Part shown: piece after piece, positions 24,201 through 35,287 of the stretch
How positions within the stretch are numbered: position 1 is the first letter of the stretch
Layout: every line of letters starts with the position of its first letter
From: Gonapodya sp. JEL0774
Taxonomy: Eukaryota
Assembly (NCBI GenBank): GCA_027604505.1
Contig: JADIIX010000003.1
Coordinates: 248,001 to 312,000 of the forward strand
Length of the DNA: 64,000 bases
Direction: 5' to 3'
Made by a program: the position numbers and the translations under genes
The notes under the pieces: generated by a model
Databases searched by the model: none
What the model was told of the DNA's origin: nothing
Seen by the model: only the letters and a program-made list of their open reading frames with translations

Positions 24201-25104
24201 GCTCGCTGCACTTCAGGGATCCGACAGGGAGTATGAACGCTTATCAAAGGGCGCTCACAGGGGTGGGAGAAGTGTTGGAGGTGGGTAATCTGGGGTTGTA
24301 ATCGCGGGACAACAAACGAGAGCTTGGTTTCTGAGTGCGAACAAACAACTTCTTATCGAATTCAGCCCTACGACTCGGACCGCACCTTCCCTGCCTATGG
24401 CTTCGGTGCCAAAATCCCTCTCCCTAACTCCCCAGAGTTCGCCATTTCTCACCTCTTCCCACTCAACCTCAATCCTACCAATCCCCTTGTGGTTGGCGTG
24501 GAGGGGCTGATGGAGGCGTACGGGATCTCTTTGAGCCACGTTCAGTTGTACGGACCGACAAACTTTGCGCCGACTATTAGGAGTGTGAATGATTGGGCAC
24601 GAGATGGGTATGTACAAGGAGAGAGGGTATTGCGAAGGTACTCAGTGCTGCTGATCGTGACTGGTGGGTGGCTGATGCCGTATTGCTCATCACCCATCAA
24701 TCTTTTGCTGACACATTTGTTTTCCCGTTCACTTGGACAATCGTTAGACGGAGCCATTACCGACCTCGAAGATACCGTCGCGGCGGTCATAGATTCATCC
24801 TCTTTGCCACTGTCCATCATCATTGTGGGCGTGGGAAACGCGGATTTCAGCTCGATGGAGTCGCTTGATGCTGATAAGGGCGCACTGAGATCGGGCTCTC
24901 GCATTGCAGAACGAGATTGTGTGCAATTTGTTCCGTTTAGGTGGGTTTCCTCCACGCTTCTTCATGTAGTCTCGCTGCATTCAATGGCGAACGCGTTGTA
25001 GAGATCACCCGCACCAAGTTGCTCTCTCGCAAGCGACTCTTGCGGAGATCCCCAAGCAGTTTTTGGATTATTGTCGGGCAAAGGGTGTTGTTCCAGCACT
25101 TTAA
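21284..25104 (+). CDS. Copine (two C2 domains + vWA) with a Pro/Tyr/Gln/Gly-rich N-terminus
   Basis: C2A (LPNKDVMSKSDP, NLNPVF, YLFETTQLLRF), C2B (DKKDMFGSSDPY, KTETVMNNLNP, WDWDK) and vWA (SFLDYI, AVDFTASNG, YGFGAKIP, YGPTNFAP, DGAITD, LPLSIIIVGVG, RDCVQFVPF, LAEIPKQF). Stop TAA at 25102-25104. Confidence 0.93.
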
Positions 25105-25314
25105 ATTAATTCTTGCACAACCGGCAGAGAGGGAAGTTTACATACGGAGTACTGATGAGATGGGAGTATTCACGTATATATCTTGAGCTAATTCTTGAGT
25201 TCGTACAGTGTTCGTACTTTTATCTTTCGCGCATGAGGTAGAAAAAACAGTGCCCTGACTCATTCTATCATACGATGGTTCTGCATTTGAATCCAGCACC
25301 TCCCCGAACTCCGC

Positions 25315-27016
25315 ATGATGCCGTCTCCTCTGCCCAACCCTTCGTCGTCATTCTGGCTTGAGAATCCCCCGCTCGATGCAATCGATCCCGTGTTCGCCAA
25401 CTCCACCGATCCTCCACCGGTCGAAAACGATTCTCTCATAATTGGCTGTGGATTTTCGGGGGCGTCTGTTGCTTTCCACTTGCAAAACTTGTTCGCCGGA
25501 CAGAGCAAGCGGCCTAAAATAGCAGTCGTTGATGCGAGAGGTGTTTCTGGAGGTGCTTCCGGAAGAAATGGAGGCATTCTTTGGAACTCGGGCGGAGGGT
25601 TAGTCGATCAGAGTCTCTTCTTCTAGTGGTGGTAACGAGCTGTTGACAAATCTACTGTATCTTGCGACTGATAACAGGCTCACGGACGATCGCCCACCCT
25701 CCATGAACGACCTCCGGCGAGCGAGTGCTCTTCATTCCTTTTACTCTGCAAATCTATCTTCCATCGAAGAATTCGTGCGAGCCTATCTCTCGCGTCGTCA
25801 AAACAGCGGCACGGAACCCGACTCTGCAGATCCACTTCTTTCATGGTTCACGGGAGGTGGTGTGACTCCGTTCTTAACCTCAGAAGAACGCGATTCCTCT
25901 CTCCGCACCCTTAAAGAACTCCTTAGCCATACTGGCAATCCCCTCGGGCTAGAATATTGGGACGCTGCTCGTACTACACTGGAGCTAGGATGTACAGCCA
26001 ACTCTTTTCCCTTTGGATCACTGCACCAGAGCAAACAAGTCGGGCGTATCTGGGCAGCAAAACTTGTGCGAGCTATTGCTGAAGAGGCCGTTCGACTTGG
26101 CGAGGGTAACTGTGGGATATTTGTAGGGTGGACTGTAGAATTTGTGGAGAGAGCGGACGCAAGTGTGACTAGGCGAAAATGGACAGCTCGCCTGCGACAT
26201 ACGTTTGACCGCACTCGAACTTGCTTAGTACATGTCAATAGTGTTGTCCACGCAACGAACGCGTATACTCTGGCAGTTCCTCGAGCTGCTCAGGACCTCC
26301 TCCCACTGGTTCCAGTCCGCAATCAAGTCGTTGCCTCCGAACCTTTACCGACCCACCTTCTCGCACGTTTCCCGGCTCAGAACTTTGCATTAGCGGCCGA
26401 TCATGGGTACATTTACATGACCGTACGGTCTGATCGAAGAATAGTTATCGGTGGAATGCGGAACCTAGTGACCCAAGGGGTGCGTACCGGACAAAATGGC
26501 ACAACGGTCCACGAGACATCGATGGATGAGCACACGGTGGACGATAGAGGTGGTTTTTGGCTAAACCCGCGAGTTAGTGATCGTCTTCGATCCTGGGTTG
26601 GAGACTTTTGGCCAGAGCTTGCTAAAGTGCAGGTTCGTGATTGAACACCGCTGGGCCAAAGAACGCACTAGTTGATATTTGGTGTACCTCAACTCCTTCA
26701 GTTTCCGCACGAATGGTCTGGGATTTTAGGATTCACGCCGTCACACCACCCTTACATTCTCCCATTGTCAGCTCTTCCCTTGCCTAGTTCTAGTCAGAAC
26801 GGAGAGCATCTGCTATCTGGGCAGTATCTGTTGTCGGGATTCTCCGGTCATGGCATGCCACAGTGCTTTCTCGCGGGGAAGGTGATTGCCAGTTATCTAT
26901 TGGAGGACTCCGTTGGACCGAAGGGACTTGCGAGAATGGTGGAAAAGGAAGTCAGTTTTCAGAGAGATATATTTTGGGGTCAGCACTATAGTGGTGCCCA
27001 GCTGGAGCGTATGTGA
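25315..27016 (+). CDS. FAD-dependent oxidoreductase, DAO/PuuB-like family
   Basis: Motifs SSFW, LIIGCGFSGAS, GASGRNGG, VHATNAYT, VPVRNQV, IVIGG, WSGILGFT and GFSGHGMP. Two introns. Confidence 0.88.
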
Positions 27017-27112
27017 GAATGTCCATTGGCTCAACACCAGGCCGGAATAAATATTAAAGCCCTTCACACATCTTCGGACCTCAGTGGCGTCAGGTCTCCT
27101 CTGTCCGCTCTT

Positions 27113-30100
27113 TCACTTCTTGATGAGCAATTCGAAGTCTTCAATTTGAAGAAATTGTTCTGCAACAGCACAAACGTATTCAGCAGATCAGTGGAACTGT
27201 CACACTAGAGCAAACACCAACCGGGAACAATACGCAAACATGTTTTCAGGAGCTGTATTTCTCTTCTAAGTGACCGTGATATGTAGAATGAAATGACAGC
27301 AATGATCAGTAGCATGATGAGATCCAAACTGTAGAGAGCGGTGTTTAATCGCTGGAGATCTGAAACCATTCCAAGTTCAAGATGCTCGTCGTAGAGACAT
27401 GACTTCAAAGCGCACCACTCATTGCTAAGTTTTTTTCATCGATGTATGTATCCGTGAGTTTGGCAAGGCCAATTCTGTGGGTTGCGAGCTCAACGTCAGG
27501 TCACGACTACGATTGCAGGGAAAAAATCTCACTTTAAGTCTGTTCTAGCCGCATTCACAATGAATTGCCACGTCTAGCAGTGAGGAACCAACTTTCAGTA
27601 AGAAATCCATTTCGGGAAGAGTGAAGTCACTCGTCACTCACAGTGTCTGCCAACGCTATGTGATTTGAGTACGGATACACTGCGAGCATGTAGTTGTTTG
27701 CTGCCACAAACTCGCGAACAAGCATGTAAAGCCCTTGTTCTGCCCTGTCCGAAAACGGGTACGCGTTTCCGTCCCCATGGCAGGGAGCTGCACCCAGCAG
27801 ACAGTTAGGACTAAACAAGAGCTCCTTGCGGGGTCCATAATCCCGACTAGGGTTCCCTGGTGTTCCATACACCAGATCATCCACTGCAGAAGCAAAAGAG
27901 GAAGTGACGTCAGTTAATTCTTGTGCGACGTCCCCACCATTAACCTATTCACAATGTTGTAGTACGGACTCAGAGAAGTGTATGCTAAACACTGGCATTG
28001 AATTACACACCAATTGATCCATCGCAAAGTTCTGGTCATCGACAACAAACATTCCAACGAAGAGCGTTTTGAGTGAGAGGTACTCGACACTACACCAAAA
28101 CGTTATATCGTGACAACGGTGACAACGGAACCAAACAAAGATCAATGACATACTCCTGTGTCTTAACCAGATCTTGGGTGTATCCGGCAATGTGGCTGGT
28201 CGCTTGATTGACCACAGTTCCGCTGACATGTAAAACTTGAATGAAATTCCCGGCTCTTGGAATTTCGATAGAAGAGGCGGGGAGCTCACTTAACTAATAA
28301 AAGTGCAGCGAGCAACGCGAAACAGGCCGCAAATATACGGGTATAAGGGCGTATGAAAAGCAAGGCAACAATATCCTTTGTGAGTTGGAACGGAGAAAAG
28401 GAACACCGCCTGCTCTTCGTTGCATTATCGGATTTGACGCTCGTCAATGATTGAGATCCGTAGTCTAACACGATTGAAGATTGCTTGATGGCCGGCCCTG
28501 AAGTTTTTTCATTCTTTGGATCCCGCAGTTCCTGGTGCACAATATCTGAGTGTGACCTAGGAAGCTCTAAACCTTCCTCCTCATTATCGTTATCTTCATT
28601 TTTATCTTCCACGAGTATTAACGCATGATTACTTGGCCCCGATTCAATGTCAACGGCGGGAGTGTTACTTGTTTTCCGATTACTCTCGCTTGGATCCAGG
28701 AACTGTACAGCCCGGCCCACGGGTGATGAAATAGATACTTGAGAAGTATCTCTAGATGATGCATTCAAAACGGGCCTCCCAGAACCCTTTGAGAAGTCGA
28801 CAACAATGTCAGGGTGACGTGCCAAGTCAGTTATCAACGCGCGACGGCATTTTCGCCCCAAATGCCTGAATATTCTCGCGACCAAGGCATTACCTCGGGA
28901 GCTATTATAGGCCCTGTGATAAAGTGAGGTTCATGATCGCGATGATGCTCCCACAATCTCGAGTACGACGTCACCTGAACTTGAAGTGGAATGTGGAAAT
29001 GACAAGTACACCCATTCCGAGAATCAAGAAAAGGCTAGACAGGTGCACAGCTTGATTCATTTTCAGTGCAGCTCCTAGGGCTAAGTCTGATTCTAAGGCT
29101 TGCTGTTGAACTGAAAGAAAAGCCTGGATCTATGGTCATCACACGACGGAAAAAGAAAACAAGAACTCACTGAGCCTCTGGCACCACTCATAAAGTGTAG
29201 CATCAGCCTTGTACTTGACCGCAAATGTGAGCTCCGGTGACGTGATGGCATCCTGGAAGTGATCTAGTTGCGACAAGGTAGGGATTTCAGGTAAGCGCTC
29301 TGGAAGCTATAAGCCTCAGTGCAAAAAGTTGTATCTCTCACCATAAGAATAATTTGAAATGACGCGCATCGCGAGAAGAAAGGTGGTTATGAGGTTTGAA
29401 AACTGGGTTGGACTCTTGTAATAAATCATGCCAGTGCTGTTGGAGGGCATCTCCGGCAGTTCTACGGTTGGCGAGTTGAAGAAATCCAATATAGCTTGTT
29501 GGTTGGACTACAGAGTTTAGATAGCAAGGAGTGTTGGTCCGAGTTTCCCCATGAAGGGAAGCAAGTCAAGAACTCAACGCTTCTAATCAAGTTCACGGAA
29601 TCTCGTAGGCTATCGATGGCTTGCAGAAAGCCCACACGATGTGATTCAAATCGCTGGACTTCCTTATAAGACGCGCGGTCCTCCAACATCAAGAGCCATT
29701 GTACATTACATTCAACAGTATTGCGGAGAACGTTACCAGTATTGCGCACCCTAGAATTACGATTGAGGACCAAAAGTCTGAAAACTTGCATAAAGAGGAC
29801 CTTCAATTTACTCACAGACTTATGGTCTCACTGGTTTGAGCGATCCTCGTGGATATCAGGATCAAACAAACAATATTCACGATTCCAATCACTATTAGAC
29901 ACAGGTAGATCCACTTCAGTGCTTTTCCGGTAGCTTGGAAGTGTTCTTCTGTGAGAGCTTTTGCGCCTCTTTGCGCCCGATTGGCTGTTGTGCTGTCGCT
30001 ACCATTTGAAGTGGCGGTTATCTGGTCAGACGACTTTGAGCTGTTGTTCAAGTGAGAGCTCAGAGCCCCTTTGTTCGAAAACTCTCTGGGGCTGCCAAGT

Positions 30101-32293
30101 CGGTCAAGCTCGCGAGCCAAAACCTCGAGTCTGAGAGCTTCCGCAGAATCGTGGAAAACCTCGTCATAGAGCCGTGCTCTCAACCTCAGTGCGAGAGGGT
30201 TATCTGGAAACTCTGAGCACAAAAGCGCATAAGATTGCTCCGCTGACATCACGGCCCAAACGAGCTCCACAGTCAAAGTAGAAACCTCCACAGGGCTGGT
30301 GCGCTTAAGGTCCATGATCTTGGCTAGCTTATGTGCAGTAGAATATATGGCATTATGATGACCGGTTGCCGCATCAAAAAACTTCTTGTGTGACATTTGC
30401 TCTGTGATAGAAAGCGGCCGCCCGTCGTATTGGGCCGCTTCTTTCGCAGTCTGCATGTCCCTTGAGAGGGAATAGAGGGCTACAACAACGTCCCAAGGAG
30501 GTCGACAAGCTTTTGCTCGGGCAAGATATTCGCGACTTCGTTCGATTTCATTCGCAAAGTGAAACTCTATGACCTTCGAAGTTAGCGAATAAGCAACAGG
30601 CAAAACAAAGCAAAAATAAGGAGAGAACACAAACCGCGCAATGGAACAGGAACCATCCTGCTTCTGGGCCATTACGGGTATCCAGCTTCTGATACACCAT
30701 ACGCAGGAAGGCGAGAGAGCTGACCTTTTCCGACACTGTCATGTCCTTCCACGAAACAACGACATGACGAAACGCTAGGTAGAAATCTGTCTCGAATATC
30801 ATCTGGCTGACTGAAAAGTCTTGTTTGGGTGAGCTAACAGTTAAGGACGAAACCCGAATGTTTTCGTCGGAGAAGGCCGTATTCTCTGAAGCAAACTGTC
30901 CGTGAAGACAAGGCTGTTCTCAAAAGTTTCAAACGATGGAAATCTCGGCTCCACAAACCTTTGCGTGCCCTTTCCGAAACAGTTCCAGAGCGAAGTGACA
31001 CCGGATGTCCGCTAGCACCCACCCAAGAGCAAATGCGCACGATACAAAGGACACAAACGCCAGCCAGTCGTTCACGCTCCCACCAGCGAGTGCCAGAACG
31101 CACACAGCAAGCACAATATTGGTAGTTCCAGCACGCAATTTATTCAGATAATGGTGGTAAAATGGTGCGTGAGCAATACCATTTCCCAGAGAGAGGAGTG
31201 AGACAGCAAGGATAACACTGAGCACATCTTTGCGTGGGGTACCATGCGCAGAATGCACAATGGAGATGATGACCTAACGTGTGGCGAATTCTCAGTACTG
31301 TCCTCCTTTGTGACAGTGGTTGGATTCGAGCATTGACATACCCTTCCCACGGTATTCCACACTTCTGCCCTCCCATGAGCCTTAGATTCGGATCTCTTCG
31401 CCTTAGGATTGTAGTCAAAGAACAGCATCGCCGAAAGTAATGCTAACGGTAGATAGAATATCAAAGCGAGAAGCGAGCTCGCCATAAGGGTCACGGCTAT
31501 CGGAGATAGACACATGTAGTCAGATGAAAATGTAGTTTGGATGTAATCACACTGAAACGGCATGAGAAGGGTGTCGGTGATAAGAATGAGGAAGGCGCCG
31601 ACAAACACGCCAACAAAAAGTCGCAGGAGCTGTCACGAAGACCAGAGTTAAGAGCCACGGTCAACATCCAAGAACTTGTTGGCAAGATCTCCCTACAGTC
31701 AGCGCACCCACCCACCTCTACTGGCCACAACCATCGCACGACCCTGTCTTTAAAGCTCCAAGCGACATACACGGTGACGCCAACGACCGTGAGAACAAGC
31801 GCGCACAAAATAAATTGTACCGCAATGAATGCATTCAATTGACCCTCGGCAAGGAGGCGCCAAATGTTTCCGTTATCAAAGAAAGCAAGTACCGCTGAAC
31901 CGGGCACAGTGCCATCAGTGGTGGCGCCCACTGTGATTGCGAACACTTGCAAGAAGTCTACAATAAATGAGGCCACTGTTATAGCGATTGATTTTCTCGT
32001 CGTAGGGCCTGCAATATCTCCTCTCATTACGTAGAACACTGGGTGGAGTAAAGATAATTCGGTTGGAATGTTCCTGCTCCGAAATTCAAGCCGTTCGAAC
32101 CTCCAGCGATCGCCTCTTCCATCCGATTAAAATATATGCGAGTAGAAGGGGCTGCTTCTGAGTCGTGGTTGTCATCGTCAATGGACCGCGTTTGAGTGGG
32201 CAGGGAACCAGCAAACTGGGCCGAGAGCTTCCTTCCGTTCGATCGATGGCTCATGACAATTGATGGCCGTCTGCTGCTGTGATGAGAGTCCAT
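27113..32293 (-). CDS. TmcB (tiny macrocysts B)-like multi-pass membrane protein with a TPR-like helical domain, copy A
   Basis: N-terminal TM block (FYVM, VDFLQ, KAHGRAEV, APFYH), then a helical domain (Y..LC.EFPDNP..LR..A..Y), then further TM pairs with luminal loops. The end VPEQFLQIEDFELLIKK* was reconstructed. The family was assigned by motif recognition, not by search. Confidence 0.7.
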
Positions 32294-32549
32294 TTGGGCG
32301 AGCACGGATCCTGGGAGCGAACTCTCTTGTTAGGTGTGTCTGTCCGAACGACGCAGGCAGACTCACTTTGAGGCACAGCTCGGCACAGCAAGCGAGCTCC
32401 AAACGCTCCACACGAGCTCCCCCAAACATTCACTAATTTCCGGAATAAGCCCACCGACGCTCTCAGCACTGGCACCAACGCCGTGCCATTTCCTTTCCCT
32501 ACCACTACCGCTGCCATCCTAATCCCCTCCTCCGTACCCGCAAACTCGA
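32294..32549. promoter_or_regulatory. Probable compact bidirectional promoter (TmcB-like A / ARM gene)
   Basis: The inferred start codons of two divergent genes are only about 256 bp apart. Confidence 0.45.
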
Positions 32550-35047
32550 ATGCTTGTAACACAAACGGCGGCGACGGACGCAATCAGTCCCCCAAGAAGG
32601 AGCCCAAAGAAGAAATCATCACGTAGTGTTAAATATGACGCGGAGCTCTCGATTGAGTCTGTATCTTGCCGTTCACGCTGTTTTGACTGTGCTGACATGT
32701 CTTCGGCGCTCTTCACTCTCAACAACTCTTCACCACCACACCATTTCACTATTCTCAGAGCAGTATTAGCCAAAGTTGCTTCCGTTCGGATTTCATCCTC
32801 CCGAGAGCACGATCTTGATACCCTCTCGGAGGACATTGTGGCCTCCCAATTGCTACCAAACTATCGGGATGAACTCTTGTCAGCTCTAGGCTCTTCACAT
32901 AGGAACGAAAAATTGAGAGCGGTCAGTCTATTGTTTCTAGTCTGAGTGCATCTAGCGATATTGAATGGACCTGCTTGATTGATTTCACAATGCCAAGGCG
33001 GTGTGCTTGAGGAAATTCGTCTCTGTATCGAGTGGAGAAGCCGTTTGGGAACATGTTCGGCGTGTTGTGGAGACCGACTTAGTGGAAAGACTTGCTCAAA
33101 TGCTGCTGGAGGACGATGGTGTTCTTCAGGTGAGGTTTCTTCCCGATTCTTGAAGTTGTGAACGATTTGTCACAGTTCTGCTTCACCAAACAGTATGAGC
33201 TGATGTGGGTTCTCACCAATATTGCAGCAGGACCTCACGCCTACGCTCAGCGTGTCATGTCGAGTCAGGCGTTACGTGAGTTCCATGAACGCAGGATGCC
33301 TCTGTCTGTGCTGTAATTACAAAGCTCATTCCGTACTTACAATTTGACATAATCTTCACCAGCTGTTCTCGTCCGTCTTCTCAACCAGGCTCGTGGATGG
33401 AAGATTCGTTGGCAGGCCAGCTGGACGCTTGCAAACCTTTGTGGTGACTCAAGGTCTTTCCGGGATGAGGTTCTGCGACTCCACCCGGACGTTGTGCGAT
33501 TGCTCCTAAATATGACTGAGATTGAGGCGTTGTTGATTGAGTCGGAGACAGAGCGGAGGGTCGCAAGTACGACGCTCGACAAGTTCGCGACATGGACTAT
33601 GGCAAACCTGTCGCGGTGGCCTACCGAGTCCGCCATGGGAACCGTACCGGAGCTTTTGTTTCCAGCACTCCCATTCTTTCTGAAGCAGGTCGATTATTTG
33701 AACTCTCATCCTGATACCGCACACCTTGGAGATGTTCTGAGATGCTTGAAAGCATTGTTCGCGGACCCCAACGGAGCGACTCTACGAGGCGTACTTCCGG
33801 ACCAAAATCTCGTGAACACCATGGTCACATGTGTCGGAGTCTGCGAGAATCTTAACCAAGACGTGCTCGTCAGTGCTCTGGGAGTTTTGGTGAACATTTC
33901 TACCAGTGACGATCGGAGGTGCGTTCGAAGAAATTTCCATGACAATTTTATTGAATTGTTGCCGGTAACACTTTCTTTCTCTTTTAATGTTGTTGAATGA
34001 TCTGTCATCGACCTGTCATCGACCGTGCAGAGTTGCCGAGTCGTTCTCCAAGAATGCCGACCTTATAGGACGACTGGAAAACTTTCTGGAAAGGGGGACT
34101 ACCGACTCTTACGATGCCAGTGTCGTTCAGCACGCATTGAGTAAGCTGTAACGTGGTGATAGGTTTTCGAGCCCCGCTCACTCAAAGTTTCTGTGTGGGG
34201 TTTCTCCAGTGCTTCTGTCAAATATCACCGCCTCACAGCCCAAATCCGCCCGAAATCTCACACACTTGTGGGATGATGTTCATGGTTTAGTCGGTTCTCC
34301 TAGGCTGGATGGCAAAACTATGCGAGAGGCTGCGTGGTGTCTGGCGACGGGTGTTGACGTGGACGGAAGAAAGGATGACCCTTGGGCGGAGCTTATCGAT
34401 GATGGTCTTTTCGAGACACTATGTCATGTGCTCCAAGTCGCTGCACCGGATGGTCCTGGTGAAGCAGCCGTTTTCAGAAACGACGATCCACAACTGTTCG
34501 CCAAAGTTGCAGGTGTGGACTGACACATTTTTATCGTACTGCTCTCATCGCTAGTGCTGACAAAGTTCCCACTTGTGTCAAAGCTGCCGTGTCCATACTG
34601 CTAGAGAGGTTTGGTGGAAGACTGGACGCGGAACAGCTGGAACGATCCTGGGGGATCCTCTGGAGATTATGGAAAGCGGTTGTAGTGCGAGCGGGGACAG
34701 ATGGAGAGGCTGCGCCTTCAATATTGGAGAACTTGGACCAGGGGTGGAGGAAAGGGTATACCGTTGTGAAAGCGATGCTGGACGGCGATGTATTCGGTGT
34801 AAGTTGTGACAATTGGTGCTTAAGTACCGGTGCCATATGGACATTTACCGTTTCGCTTCTTTTCTCTAATTGAAATTAGGAACGGTCGAATCGAGAACGT
34901 ACAGATGAGATGCAGATGGAGGACATGATGGACGCCTTCACCGGACTTTCTGTTGGAAGATCGGGGCCGGCAGTTCTCACTCCCTTCCTTGAAATGGAAG
35001 TTCTGTCACTGCTAAATGCTTGCTCGCTCAATGATCGAGATGAATGA
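32550..35047 (+). CDS. Divergent importin-alpha-like armadillo-repeat protein, multi-exon
   Basis: Helix-3 W..N motifs of karyopherin-alpha ARM repeats: QYELMWVLTNIAAG, IRWQASWTLANLCGDS..FRDEVL, WTMANLSRWP, LLSNITA, REAAWCLA. The start codon is uncertain. Confidence 0.75.
34002..34024 (+). repeat. 11-bp tandem duplication at an intron 3' end
   Basis: Seen directly: ctgtcatcgac ctgtcatcgac. Confidence 0.7.
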
Positions 35048-35287
35048 ATTTCTTTGCACTGAAACGTCAAACCACTTTGCTCAGGAAAATCACTACATAT
35101 ATTCCTTTAAAATATCATTTCTGTACAAACAAACAATAGCAATATGATTCGAATCAAACGAAAACAGGGGAGAATGCGTCGTTGCTGTGGAGGTTGTGCA
35201 CGTCACTTTGTGGCGTAGTAGCTGGGGTGAACAATCGTTCAACTCCCTTGGGTTGTCAGTTGTTGAGACATCACACGTCACAAGATC

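Noticed and set aside
13628..27016. Secondary-metabolite cluster (MFS + oxidoreductase)
   Set aside because: There is no backbone synthase (PKS/NRPS/terpene), and the intervening genes are unrelated.
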